Positions 29,060 through 39,723 of a DNA stretch of 56,389 nucleotides are shown piece by piece (positions within the stretch are counted from its first letter, which is position 1; the number at the start of each line of letters is the position of its first letter). The notes beneath the pieces were generated by a model. The model saw only the letters and a list, made by a program, of their open reading frames with translations, ran no database searches and was not told the DNA's origin. Source of the stretch: Promethearchaeota archaeon. Its GTDB lineage: Archaea; Asgardarchaeota; Lokiarchaeia; Sigyniarchaeales; SOKP01. The stretch is taken from assembly GCA_048938855.1 (NCBI GenBank), contig JBHLLT010000008.1, forward strand, positions 1-56,389. Direction: 5' to 3'. The translations under genes were made by a program, and so were the position numbers.

Positions 29060-29935
29060 TTAACGTTTTATCATGAAATCTATAAATTTGCCTAGATTTT
29101 TCACATTCTCAAAAATTTTTGGTTCTTTTTCTTCTAAGTAAGGTTTGAATACTTCCCAATTCTCTTTCTTCCCAGAGGGTGCCTCACTTAGCATTTTTTT
29201 TATTTCAAAGAAGTCCCAGGTAAACATGAGAGCATTATCAATTCTATTAGCTTCATCAGACAACAAAAAGACATAAAAATCATTTAAATCCTTAGGATCT
29301 AAAACATGAGGAGGCTTGTTTCCATCTCCTGCTTTTTTACCCCTTAAGAGAGTAGTATCTACCTGGGTTGGTAGTACCATATTAAAATTTATGTTTTCTT
29401 TTTTATATTCTAAAGCCATTGCCTTTTGCATTCCAACAACAGCATATTTACTTGCAACATATGCAGTTAATTTTGGTGGGGCATTTGGATATGCTTCACT
29501 TCCCGTTATAATAAATCGAGCTTTATCTTTTTTATCATCTTTTTTAAAATATGGATAAGCAGCCTTAAAAGTGTAGAACACTCCAAGTACATTCACATTT
29601 AATATTTCAGAGAATTTTTCATTGATAAACTCATGAGTCGCCCACATTCGAGAATAACCAGCATTGGCGATTACGCCATTAAATGAACCTAGTTCATCTT
29701 TAAATGCCATAAAAGCTTCCATTAATTGCTCAAACTTACTAATATCTGCAGTTTTAACAACTACCTTCACATTAAAATCTAGATCTTCAATTTCTTTTTT
29801 TGTTTCATTTAATTCATCTAGAGTTCTTGATGTTAAACCTACATTTGCTCCTTCTTTAGCGCAAGCGATTGCTATCGCTTTTCCAATACCTCGACCTGAG
29901 CCAGTTATTACTACATTCTTTCCTTTTAATAGCAT
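29060..29935 (-). CDS. Short-chain dehydrogenase/reductase
   Basis: TGSGRGIG, ANAG, S..YVASK (YxxxK). Confidence 0.92.
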   Translation of the reverse strand: MLLKGKNVVITGSGRGIGKAIAIACAKEGANVGLTSRTLDELNETKKEIEDLDFNVKVVVKTADISKFEQLMEAFMAFKDELGSFNGVIANAGYSRMWATHEFINEKFSEILNVNVLGVFYTFKAAYPYFKKDDKKDKARFIITGSEAYPNAPPKLTAYVASKYAVVGMQKAMALEYKKENINFNMVLPTQVDTTLLRGKKAGDGNKPPHVLDPKDLNDFYVFLLSDEANRIDNALMFTWDFFEIKKMLSEAPSGKKENWEVFKPYLEEKEPKIFENVKNLGKFIDFMIKR

Positions 29936-30065
29936 AATATCCTTTTATAATTTGATTTAAAATATTAATTTAATTAAAACACAAAACGTATTTTAAAATT
30001 TAAAAGTCTTAAAAGAAAAAACAAATTTTTGATTAAAGCTAGATTATTTATGATTAAATGTCTAA

Positions 30066-31535
30066 ATGGTGAAAATTTTTAAAGTCGCTTTAGTAAATCC
30101 TGGACCGGGTGAAATTTTAGAAAAAGGCAGAATTGTAGCAAATGCCGATCATATTTATCCACCTTTGGGCATCTGTTATTTAAGTGCAATATTAAAGAAT
30201 GAGAATTATCATGTTGAATTAATTGACCAAGCAGCTATGGGATTTAGTTTACAACAAATTATAAAATGGATTAAAAAGCAAGATCCTGATGTTTTAGGGT
30301 TTTCTACATTGACTGCTTCTGGATCAGGGATTAGTGCTGCATTAACTTCTTTTGAAGTAAAGAAATGGAATCCAAATATAAAAATTGTGTTTGGAAATCG
30401 ACATGTGAATCATAATGACTATAGGGTTTTAAAAAAGTATCCCGAGATTGATGTTTGTGTAAGGGATGAGGGAGAATTTACCTTTCTTGAATTAGTTAAA
30501 GCTTTGGAAAAAAATCAATCATTGAAAGATATTAAAGGTTTAACCTATAGAGACAATGGAAAGATAAAGAGGAATGAAAAACGTCCTTTGATTAAAGATC
30601 TTGATGCTGTACCTTTTCCAGATAGAAAAGCTTTAAAAATTGAATATACGGGGAGTTTTGGTGGGCTTGAGTTTGCTCCAGAAGGATTTACTTCAATGAT
30701 TTCTTCCCGAGGATGTCCGTATAACTGTACATTTTGCTATGGGAAAAGGACTGTTGGCTTTAGAACTCGTTCTGTTGAAAATATATTGAAAGAAATTCTA
30801 CTCTTAGAAAGTCAAGGATATAAATATCTAAATTTTGTAGATGATAATTTCACGGTATCGAGGAAAAGAGTAATAAAACTTTGTCGATTGATGCAAAAAG
30901 AAAAAGTCGCTTTAGATTGGATATGCGAGGGAAGAGTTAATCAAGTATCTGATGATATGTTAAGGGAAATGCGTAAAGCTCATTGCAGAATTATTTTTTA
31001 TGGGATTGAGAGTGCTAACCAAAGAACTCTTGATTATTACCATAAAAATATAACGCCATCTCAATCAATTCAGGCAGTAAAAAAAACTCGTAAAGCAAAA
31101 ATACCTTTTATTTTAGGCTCGTTTATTGTTGGAGCGCCAGGCGAGACCTATTCAGAGATATATAATACATTGAAATTCGCGCAAAAATTAGATATTGACT
31201 TTCCAGTCTTTAATCTTCTCGGAACAATGCCAGGTACAGATATTTGGGATGAATTGGTTGAAAAAAAAATCCTTGATGAGGATAAATATTGGGAGGAAGG
31301 AGTACATATCTCTGATATTGATCCTAATGGAGTCCCAACTGAAAAAATTTCAAATTTAATTTTAGAAATGTTAAAAAAATTTTTTATGAATCCCAAATAT
31401 ATGATAAAAGCAATATATAGAAATACCACAAGTTCTTACAAATTTTTTTCTATGCTCAAGATCGTTTCCCAGAATGTAAAAAACTTTGAGAATTTCCATG
31501 GAGTAAAATCATTTTGGAATCCAGATAATGTCTAA
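30066..31535 (+). CDS. B12-binding domain radical SAM protein (paralog 1)
   Basis: PPLG, EGE, SSRGCPYNCTFC, FVDDNF, GIES, FIVG.PGE, PGT. Confidence 0.93.
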   Translation: MVKIFKVALVNPGPGEILEKGRIVANADHIYPPLGICYLSAILKNENYHVELIDQAAMGFSLQQIIKWIKKQDPDVLGFSTLTASGSGISAALTSFEVKKWNPNIKIVFGNRHVNHNDYRVLKKYPEIDVCVRDEGEFTFLELVKALEKNQSLKDIKGLTYRDNGKIKRNEKRPLIKDLDAVPFPDRKALKIEYTGSFGGLEFAPEGFTSMISSRGCPYNCTFCYGKRTVGFRTRSVENILKEILLLESQGYKYLNFVDDNFTVSRKRVIKLCRLMQKEKVALDWICEGRVNQVSDDMLREMRKAHCRIIFYGIESANQRTLDYYHKNITPSQSIQAVKKTRKAKIPFILGSFIVGAPGETYSEIYNTLKFAQKLDIDFPVFNLLGTMPGTDIWDELVEKKILDEDKYWEEGVHISDIDPNGVPTEKISNLILEMLKKFFMNPKYMIKAIYRNTTSSYKFFSMLKIVSQNVKNFENFHGVKSFWNPDNV

Positions 31536-31672
31536 CGATATATTTTTTAATAAATGTGTAATCTGACATATTTTATATACATTTCTCAATAATTTTCATT
31601 TAAAAAAAGATTATTAAGACCTATTTCCTAGTGTATAATAATTATAAATTGAATTTATACGAGGGTAATGAA

Positions 31673-31840
31673 ATGAGTGATGTTAAAGATTCAAATGATA
31701 GTATTGTTAATGAATTAAAGATGATCAATAAACGGCTAAATAGAATATATTATTGGCTAGCTGCTTTCATTGTTATTTCTGTATTATTCTATCTATTTGT
31801 ATTTGTCAATATTCAAATTATTCTATCTAGAATTCCATAA
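31673..31840 (+). CDS. Small single-pass membrane protein, 55 aa
   Basis: GAGGGT then ATG at 31673; coiled segment ELKMINKRLNRI followed by a TM helix. Confidence 0.6.
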   Translation: MSDVKDSNDSIVNELKMINKRLNRIYYWLAAFIVISVLFYLFVFVNIQIILSRIP

Positions 31841-31880
31841 TAACTTTACAAGGATAAGGTTCCCTATTCTTGTGAAGTTA

Positions 31881-33344
31881 TTATCCCCAGAATGGTTTCC
31901 AACTGTTCCATAAATCCCAATGTTTAACATTTTTAAAATTTTGTCCTATTGCCATTAATCTATACTTACTCTTTAAGGTTTTAAGAAGTTGCCGATAAAT
32001 ATATCTTGGTCGCCGCATAAATTTTAGGTGAGTTTCTCTTATTCGCATCATCAATTCGCTTAATGGAATAGGAAGGACCGCGGTACCAATCTCCCAACAT
32101 ACTTCGGGATTAATTCTTTTTTCACTTACCATCTGATCCCAAATCCAATTTCCAGGGATTATACCTAAAATATGAAATTGTGGGAAATCAATATCCAATT
32201 TAAGTGAAAAATTTAATGTCTTAATAATTTCCTCACGAGTTTCTATTGGTGCCCCTACTATAAAATTGGCAAGAACCATATCGATTCCAACTTTTTTGGA
32301 ATTTTTTATTGCTTGGTGAACTTGCTTCAAATTAATTTGTTTATTGTACCAATCTAAAATTCTTTGGGATCCACTTTCAACTCCATAACTCAAAATTTTA
32401 CATCCCATTTGTTTCATGGCATTTAATAATTCTATAGAACTTTGAGTAACTCTCCCTTCAGCCATCCAATAGAAATCTAAATGTTCTTTCTTAAGTAAAT
32501 TTGATAGTTTCATTAATCTTTTTCTACTTATCGTAAAATTATCATCAACCCAGAGTAAGTTTTGATAACCTTGGTCTTCAAGAAGAGATAACTCTTCAAC
32601 TATATTTTCTGGAGATCTTGGACGCCAATTACCCCAAAACATAGAACTTGAACAAAATGAGCACTTAAAAGCACACCCTCTCGATGAGGCTGCTGATGTG
32701 AATTTTGCCACTGATAGATCCAATCCTTCTACTTTATTCTTATATTCGACATTCCCTAACAATTTCCTGTTTGGAAACGGTAAACTATCGATATTTTTTA
32801 TAAGAGGTCTATCATCATTTCTAATTATTCTACCGTTTTCCCTATAAGTTAAACCTCTTATATCTTCAAAATTTTTACCTTTCTCTAATTTCTCGGCAAT
32901 TTCTAATAATGTATTTTCTCCTTCGCCTCTTACGCAACCATCAATAAATGGATATTTATTTAAAATCCGGGTATCATTGAAAGTAGCATGATAATTCCCA
33001 AACAAAATTTTTATATTTGGGTTTACTTTTTCTTTGACACTTCTAGCAATATTTGCAGAACTCTTCCCAGTTCCAGCTGTAGTTATCGTTGAGAAACCAA
33101 GAATATCTGGATCTTCCCTTTTTATCCAATTTATTGTTTCTTCATTTGAGAAATCCCTAGCAAATTGATCAAGGATAGATACCTCAAAGTTATTTTCACT
33201 TAGATATGTACCGAGGTATAAGATTCCCATAGGTGGGAATCCATAAAATTCTATTTTCTCTTTGTTAAACTTCTCTGCATCTTTGACAGTTTTACAAAAT
33301 ATTCCTTCTTTAGGGGGTTTTGGAAAAATTAATGATATTTTCAA
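31881..33344 (-). CDS. B12-binding domain radical SAM protein (paralog 2)
   Basis: PPMG, RGEGE, SSRGCAFKCSFC, WVDDNF, GVESG, FIVGAP.E. Confidence 0.93.
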   Translation of the reverse strand: MKISLIFPKPPKEGIFCKTVKDAEKFNKEKIEFYGFPPMGILYLGTYLSENNFEVSILDQFARDFSNEETINWIKREDPDILGFSTITTAGTGKSSANIARSVKEKVNPNIKILFGNYHATFNDTRILNKYPFIDGCVRGEGENTLLEIAEKLEKGKNFEDIRGLTYRENGRIIRNDDRPLIKNIDSLPFPNRKLLGNVEYKNKVEGLDLSVAKFTSAASSRGCAFKCSFCSSSMFWGNWRPRSPENIVEELSLLEDQGYQNLLWVDDNFTISRKRLMKLSNLLKKEHLDFYWMAEGRVTQSSIELLNAMKQMGCKILSYGVESGSQRILDWYNKQINLKQVHQAIKNSKKVGIDMVLANFIVGAPIETREEIIKTLNFSLKLDIDFPQFHILGIIPGNWIWDQMVSEKRINPEVCWEIGTAVLPIPLSELMMRIRETHLKFMRRPRYIYRQLLKTLKSKYRLMAIGQNFKNVKHWDLWNSWKPFWG

Positions 33345-33516
33345 AAAATCAATCCGAATCTGAATTTATATATAAATAATAAATGAGGTAATTTTTCCTT
33401 AAAATTAAAACTACATGATCACAATTCTTTTAACAGTCATGAAAGAAGAAAAATAAATCTTATAATCAAATTCTTTTTTGATATACATACTAAGTTATAA
33501 TTATTTTAACAATTAA

Positions 33517-34953
33517 ATGAAATTAAATACTACACAAGTTCAAAGAGTAGCCTTAGTTAACCCAAATTTTATTACTAAGAGCATTACTGATAAATTTACG
33601 ATCCCCGCACTAGGTTTAGAATCTATTGCTGCAAATATCATAGATTTAGTTGAAGTTAAAATTATTGATGGAAAGGTTAGAAATTTAACGCTTAATGAAA
33701 TTATAAAAGAAATTAATGAATTCGACCCAGATATAGTTGGAATATCATGCTGTTTCACAATTGGAATTAATTTTGCTTTGAAAATTGCATATGAATCAAA
33801 AAAGTTAGGATATAAAACTATATTAGGAGGTTGGCATCCAAGTTTTGCTCATTCTGAGATAATAAAATACCCTTTTATTGATATTATAGTCCGAGGAGAG
33901 GGAGAATTTACTTTTCGAGAACTTATTGAAAATAAAAACTTGGAAGAAATCAAAGGAATATCCTATAAATATAATGGAGATGTTATTAATAACGCTGAAC
34001 GTCCTTTAATTAAGGATCTAAATAGATTGCCCCTTCCAGCTAGAAAATTGAGAGATACTACGACTTATTTTCAAATATTTCAAATGCCTTTAGATGCAAT
34101 TGAAACCTCAAGGGGTTGCCCTTATAATTGTACATTCTGTAATATACATCTTTTTCATCGAGGAATCTATAGAACAAAGAATACTTTACGAGTTATTCAA
34201 GAGTTAAAAATTATATCCCATCAAAAAAGACGTAAAAATGTACTAATAATAGATGATAATTTCACTGCGAATGTGGAGCGGGTTGAGAAAATTTGTGATG
34301 AGATAATAAAAGAGGGAATTAAGTTAGATTTAATTTGTCAAAGTCGGATTGATGTAATTAAAAACAATCCAAATATAATAAAAAAGATGGCTCAAGCAGG
34401 ATTTTGGTTGTTCTTCCTTGGTATTGAATCATTTAACCAAAAATCATTAAATGATATTCAAAAAAGGATCCAGTTTAGAGATATTGTTGAAGCAATAAAA
34501 ATCCTTCATGAGAACGATATTTTAATAATAGGGAGTATGTTAATTGGTTCAAGTCTGGATGAAGAAGAGAAAGACATAGATCTCATGATTAAGATTGTTA
34601 AAAAATTAGGAATCGATTTTCCTATCTATTCTATTATGACACCATTGCCAGGTACTAAATTTAGAGAGATTTTGATTGACAATGATCTTTTGCTTTCTCG
34701 AGATTGGAGTAAGTACAATTTTACAACAGCAGTTAACCGACTTAATAAACTTTCTAAAGAAAAATTAGAAGAACTATTGTCTAAAGCATATTATTCTGGA
34801 TATTTTAATAGGGGGTGGAAAGATACTCTTATTAGATTATATAAACAGAAAGGTATTCAATTTCTCTTAAATTTTAGGAGAATCTCTAGCATTATTAAAG
34901 ATTTTTTGAATTTTTTCATAAATATTATACGAATGAAAGCTAGTACAAAGTAG
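33517..34953 (+). CDS. B12-binding domain radical SAM protein (paralog 3)
   Basis: PALG, GGWHPS, RGEGE, ETSRGCPYNCTFC, IDDNF, GIES, TPLPGT. Confidence 0.93.
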   Translation: MKLNTTQVQRVALVNPNFITKSITDKFTIPALGLESIAANIIDLVEVKIIDGKVRNLTLNEIIKEINEFDPDIVGISCCFTIGINFALKIAYESKKLGYKTILGGWHPSFAHSEIIKYPFIDIIVRGEGEFTFRELIENKNLEEIKGISYKYNGDVINNAERPLIKDLNRLPLPARKLRDTTTYFQIFQMPLDAIETSRGCPYNCTFCNIHLFHRGIYRTKNTLRVIQELKIISHQKRRKNVLIIDDNFTANVERVEKICDEIIKEGIKLDLICQSRIDVIKNNPNIIKKMAQAGFWLFFLGIESFNQKSLNDIQKRIQFRDIVEAIKILHENDILIIGSMLIGSSLDEEEKDIDLMIKIVKKLGIDFPIYSIMTPLPGTKFREILIDNDLLLSRDWSKYNFTTAVNRLNKLSKEKLEELLSKAYYSGYFNRGWKDTLIRLYKQKGIQFLLNFRRISSIIKDFLNFFINIIRMKASTK

Positions 34954-35698
34954 TTAATTGTTTTAGAGTTATGAATTCAGCCTTTTTATTGAGAGAGTCC
35001 TTGATAAATTTTCTAAGTCTGGTAAGGAAGGAGTTTCCTGTATTAATCCATCGATCTAATCTAAAAAAAAAATTTATGAATAGACTAAAATTTTTTTTTT
35101 GATTGAACATCAAAGTTTTGACATTTATTGCTTCCCATGAATGGAAATATAATGTCATTAATTTCTTTCTTAGAATCCATTTTCTTACCAAATAAAAAAT
35201 TAAAGGTAATCTGAAGAAGACATTAAAACTGGAAGGGTATAATTCTTTAATCTTGTAGTTATTAGGTTGAGAGAATTTAGACCTTTTACTATATTTAATG
35301 GAAGAATCATATTTAAAATTTAAATCCTTCAATATTTGGAATAGAAATCTAGGTGGTTTTAAATATGGAGCTCGAAAACCAATTATTTCTGAATTTTGGG
35401 TTCTATTTTCAATCATTGTTTTGCTCTTCGAGATAATATTTTTACATTGTTCAAATGATAAATTATTTAATCGTTCATGATTTAAACTATGACAAGCAAT
35501 TTCATGTCCTTTACCTTCAATCAAATCCACAATTTGAGGCTGCTTTTCAATAACGCTTCCAGTACAAAAAAAAGTACTTTTGATTTGAAAATCGTCTAAT
35601 ATTTTTAAAATCTTAAACAATCCTATCTTCAAGCCTAAATCAGTATCAAGAAAATTAGGAATATCTCTTTCAATATCAAAAGTTAGAGCAATTTTCAT
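34940..35698 (-). CDS. CE4 polysaccharide deacetylase (NodB/PuuE-like)
   Basis: LTFDIE, STFF, EIACHSLNH, GFRAP, YDSS, YFHSWE; ATG at 35698 preferred over the TTG at 35716. Confidence 0.88.
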   Translation of the reverse strand: MKIALTFDIERDIPNFLDTDLGLKIGLFKILKILDDFQIKSTFFCTGSVIEKQPQIVDLIEGKGHEIACHSLNHERLNNLSFEQCKNIISKSKTMIENRTQNSEIIGFRAPYLKPPRFLFQILKDLNFKYDSSIKYSKRSKFSQPNNYKIKELYPSSFNVFFRLPLIFYLVRKWILRKKLMTLYFHSWEAINVKTLMFNQKKNFSLFINFFFRLDRWINTGNSFLTRLRKFIKDSLNKKAEFITLKQLTTLY

Positions 35699-35789
35699 TA
35701 TCAGATTATTGATCAATTTATTTGTTTAAGAAATTATATATTTATTTTAAAATTTATTTCAATATTTAAGTTCAGATTAAATGTAAAAA

Positions 35790-36908
35790 ATGCGAATTTT
35801 AGTAGTAGGTGCAGGGCTTACAGGCTGTAGTATAGCACGCTTGATGAAAAATAAAGGGCATACTGTTTCAATGATAGAAAAAGAACCTCATATTGGAGGC
35901 TTATGTTATACTGAGACAAGTTCAAATGGTATCATGTACGAGCCTTATGGTGGCCATGCATTTCACACTAAAGATAGTCGTGTAAGAGACTTGGTTCTTG
36001 AATTTTCAGAATTTAATGATTATAGGCATAACAAGGGAATTATAATTAATGGTAAATTGCTACATTTTCCTCTAAGTAAAGAATCTATACTAAAAATGGA
36101 AGATAGTCACCAAATAATTAAAGATCTGGAAAATAAACCTAAAAAACCGGATTTAACTAACTTTGAAACCTATGCAATCTCTCAGTTCGGTGTTACGTTA
36201 TACAAACTATTTATTTATAATTATTCAAAGAAAATGTGGGGTTTAGAACCAAAGGAATTAACAACGGAATATATTAAAAATCGTATTGAACTTAAAAATA
36301 CTAATACTCACATATTTAAAGACAAGTTCCAAGGGTTGCCTGTAAAAGGTTATACAGTTTTACTTCATAACATGATTCATGATATTCCCTTAGAATTAAA
36401 CACAAGTGAATTTGACGATTCGATATACGATCTTATTCTATTTTCAGGAAGAATTGACGAACTACTAAAATTAAATTTTGGAAAATTGGAATTTAGGTCA
36501 CTACTCTATCATAATGTTGAAAATGAATACTGGGAAAATGAAAACTATGGAACAATCAATCTTCCACAAGATCCTAATTATATACGTAAAGTAAATTTTA
36601 AGGTTATGCATCAACAAAAAATTAATGAATCTTTAATCCAATATCAAGAACCTGTACAAGCCAATGGACAACATCCTCCACTATATCCAATATATACTAA
36701 GAGAAATCTTAAATTATTTAATCAGTATTTAGTCGAGGCTTGCAAATCTGAAAACTTTGTTCCTATTGGTCGATTAGGTCTATATAAGTATTTAGAAATG
36801 GGCCAGGCAATTTCTCTGGTTATGAATATGATTCCACTGATAGAAAAATGGAAAATATTAACCCCTGAAGCTCGATATCATGGAATTAAAAATCTACTAA
36901 CCAATTAA
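35790..36908 (+). CDS. glf: UDP-galactopyranose mutase
   Basis: VVGAGLTG FAD motif, IGGLC, YGGHAFHT, YSKKMWG, FQGLP..GYT, YP, GRLGLYKYLEM. Confidence 0.85.
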   Translation: MRILVVGAGLTGCSIARLMKNKGHTVSMIEKEPHIGGLCYTETSSNGIMYEPYGGHAFHTKDSRVRDLVLEFSEFNDYRHNKGIIINGKLLHFPLSKESILKMEDSHQIIKDLENKPKKPDLTNFETYAISQFGVTLYKLFIYNYSKKMWGLEPKELTTEYIKNRIELKNTNTHIFKDKFQGLPVKGYTVLLHNMIHDIPLELNTSEFDDSIYDLILFSGRIDELLKLNFGKLEFRSLLYHNVENEYWENENYGTINLPQDPNYIRKVNFKVMHQQKINESLIQYQEPVQANGQHPPLYPIYTKRNLKLFNQYLVEACKSENFVPIGRLGLYKYLEMGQAISLVMNMIPLIEKWKILTPEARYHGIKNLLTN

Positions 36909-36929
36909 AAAGTTTTTAAGAACAGATTA

Positions 36930-37694
36930 CTATTTTTCCCAATTAATATCTTTTGCCAAATTATAAAATATATCCTTTTTCGAACGATATTGAGTAATAC
37001 GCCCTAAGCTACGACGAGTATTTAGAAATCTTCCACTTGTTAATACAGAAACAAAATTGAGTGTCATTATTTTACCTCTTTTCATTTTTCTTGTGAGATA
37101 TATTAATGAATCTGAAAAAACTTTGTCAATTCCTATCAGATTGTGTGGTAGTTGCTTAAATCCACCAACTTTAGAGAAAATGTCCCTTCTAACAATTATA
37201 TTACATCCAATAAGTTCAGGATATCCAAGTAGAGTTTTAAAAAAATAATATACATGCATATTAAAATTAAGAAAAAAATAATGAGTAATTGTAAAATTTT
37301 TAGAACCTAAATTAAATGAGAAAGCCTTTCCATCATAATATTTCACTCTTGCACTACAAGCAAAAAGATTTTTATGCTTTTCGAATATTCTATAAATCTT
37401 TTGCAAGAAGAGAGGATCTATTAAAGTATCAGCATCTAGAAATACTAGTAACTCACCAGAAGTTTTTGGAACTACATAGTTTAATTGAAGAGCTTTTCCT
37501 TTTTCAGGTGAAATATATACTGTCGCAAAATTTTTTGCAATGGTGACAGTATTATCAGCACTATGGCCATCAACTACTATAATTTCATATGGAATATCAC
37601 ATCTTTGCTTTTTAATAGCTAATAATGTACGTTTGATGTTGTTTTCCTCGTTATAAGTAGGGATTATTACCGATATCTTTGGATTGTGATTCAT
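36930..37694 (-). CDS. GT2 glycosyltransferase
   Basis: SVIIPTYNEE, VDGHSAD, FLDADT, G.N...RR..F..VGGF, TSGR. Confidence 0.92.
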   Translation of the reverse strand: MNHNPKISVIIPTYNEENNIKRTLLAIKKQRCDIPYEIIVVDGHSADNTVTIAKNFATVYISPEKGKALQLNYVVPKTSGELLVFLDADTLIDPLFLQKIYRIFEKHKNLFACSARVKYYDGKAFSFNLGSKNFTITHYFFLNFNMHVYYFFKTLLGYPELIGCNIIVRRDIFSKVGGFKQLPHNLIGIDKVFSDSLIYLTRKMKRGKIMTLNFVSVLTSGRFLNTRRSLGRITQYRSKKDIFYNLAKDINWEK

Positions 37695-37808
37695 TGTTTA
37701 TCTGGGGTAATTGAAAACAGAAAATCTATATATTTTAGAAGATGATGTGTTATTATTCAATACAAGTATTAGATTTATTATATAATTAATTGATTTATAA
37801 ATAAAACT

Positions 37809-38939
37809 ATGCCGAAAGTCTCAGGTAAAATGAAATTCTTAACAAAGGGATTCATAATTTCATTTCTTTTCTTAATCTTAAGTGCTTCATTAATTATATT
37901 ATTAATTCTAAATCACGTCTTTCTATCGATTCCTTGGATTAATGATTTTTATGAACTTATAAGACCTTGGTTATTAATTTTCTTCTATGATTATAACCTG
38001 TTTATTTATGCTGCAATTTTCATTTGTTATTCTGTTTTACTTGTATTATATGTTTTTGGGTATAATTTAGCAAAAGTAAAACATATGACAGGTTCAATAA
38101 TATTTGTTTTCAGTTTGTTAGGATTCGTTCTAGTTACTTTTATTGCTTCTCAATATTCTTACATAAGCATATTGTTTAACCAAGATATTACACTTAATAC
38201 AAGATTAATGTTACTTTTGTTATTTTTACCTATGAATTTTGCGCTAAGTCTATTTTTATTTTTAGTAAATACAGATTTCCTAATATTTTTAAAGGATTTA
38301 TTGAAGTCTAGAAAAATCTGGAAACGAAGAAGACCCGAATTCGAAATTGAAGTGAAAGGTAAAATTACAAATATAAATATACACACAAAAGAACATATTT
38401 TTACTCCTGTGCCTATGTTGATTATTGCGAAATATCTGCAGTCTAAAGGCTTTTCGGTATCTTGGTTTGTAAGAGGTGCCTTTAATCACTTAATCTCTAT
38501 AATTATTACTTATTTGACTGGGTGGCCGAGGGCTAGAAATATCTTATTTCGATTTACAGGAATGAAAATTGGTAAAAATTGCCATATCTCTCAAAAAGCA
38601 ATACCTGATCCTTTATTACCTGAATTAATTGAATTTGAAGAAGGTAGTGGGTGTGGTATTGGTGTCAAATTACTAACTCATAATGCGATGAATATACAAC
38701 ATGGAAGTTTCAGTTTTGGCCCTATAAAAGTGGGTAAAAATGCTAGAATTGGAGCTTATTCAGTCGTATTACCGGGAGTTACTATAGGAGAGGGTTCTAT
38801 CATAGGTGCAAATTCATTAATTAGTGAAGATATACCACCTTATTCGATAGCATTTGGTTCTCCTGCCAAAGTGATACGTGAATTAACAGATGATGAAAAA
38901 AAAATGGTAAATAAAGAATATGGAGATACTATTGGATAA
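37809..38939 (+). CDS. Membrane-anchored left-handed beta-helix (hexapeptide) acyltransferase
   Basis: About 4 N-terminal TM helices; GMKIGKNCHI, LLTH, PIKVGKNARIGAYSVVLPGVTIGEGSIIGANS, GSPAKVIR. Confidence 0.87.
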   Translation: MPKVSGKMKFLTKGFIISFLFLILSASLIILLILNHVFLSIPWINDFYELIRPWLLIFFYDYNLFIYAAIFICYSVLLVLYVFGYNLAKVKHMTGSIIFVFSLLGFVLVTFIASQYSYISILFNQDITLNTRLMLLLLFLPMNFALSLFLFLVNTDFLIFLKDLLKSRKIWKRRRPEFEIEVKGKITNINIHTKEHIFTPVPMLIIAKYLQSKGFSVSWFVRGAFNHLISIIITYLTGWPRARNILFRFTGMKIGKNCHISQKAIPDPLLPELIEFEEGSGCGIGVKLLTHNAMNIQHGSFSFGPIKVGKNARIGAYSVVLPGVTIGEGSIIGANSLISEDIPPYSIAFGSPAKVIRELTDDEKKMVNKEYGDTIG

Positions 38940-39708
38940 ACTTTTCAATCAATCCATTAACTTTTACACTATTATCATACATTGTTCTGTGTGAACCTTT
39001 ATCAATTATGAATAACTCTGTTTTAGGAATGTAATCATTTAACTCATTAATTGCTGCTTTAGAAACAATCCGGTCTTCACTACCATAAATTAAAATTGTT
39101 GGTTGAGAAATTGCACATAATCCCTCTTTTAATTTATACGTGTACGTCATGTTTTTAAAAGTTTTTAGAACAACAGCTTTAGGTAGTTTTAATGCATTTT
39201 TATATAATTTTTTAAACTCTCTAAATTCCTCTTCAGGGGATATGATTTTTCCAATAATCTTTTTCAGAAGTGCCCTATAAAACATTTTAAATAGAATATT
39301 TATCCAAAAAATCATTATTCTTTCTAATATTGATTGAGGCTTTCCTGAAGTTGAGCTTATAAGGATTAGTTTTTTCACTATTTTTGGCTTTTTAAGCACA
39401 ATGTCTTGTGCTATTAAACCACCTAAAGAATGGCCAATGAGAATGACCTTGTTATATTTAAGCAATTTAAGCAAATCAATTATCTGTTTAGTGTAGAACT
39501 CAATAGTATAATCTTCTCTAGGTTTATCTGATTTTCCAAAACCGGGTAAATCAAGTAAAATAATATGATTCTTAAGATTAAAATGATATAATTGATATTT
39601 CCATTCAAGAGAACTTCCTAACCATCCATGAATGAATACAAGGGGTATTCCTTCTAATTTATTATCATAATAAAAGATTTTGAGGTGATTTATATTGATA
39701 AGCGGCAT
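38929..39708 (-). CDS. Alpha/beta hydrolase
   Basis: FIHGW, DLPGFG.S, GHSLGG, GSEDRIV, GSH catalytic triad. Confidence 0.9.
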   Translation of the reverse strand: MPLININHLKIFYYDNKLEGIPLVFIHGWLGSSLEWKYQLYHFNLKNHIILLDLPGFGKSDKPREDYTIEFYTKQIIDLLKLLKYNKVILIGHSLGGLIAQDIVLKKPKIVKKLILISSTSGKPQSILERIMIFWINILFKMFYRALLKKIIGKIISPEEEFREFKKLYKNALKLPKAVVLKTFKNMTYTYKLKEGLCAISQPTILIYGSEDRIVSKAAINELNDYIPKTELFIIDKGSHRTMYDNSVKVNGLIEKFIQ

Positions 39709-39723
39709 TCTAAATGATACTTT

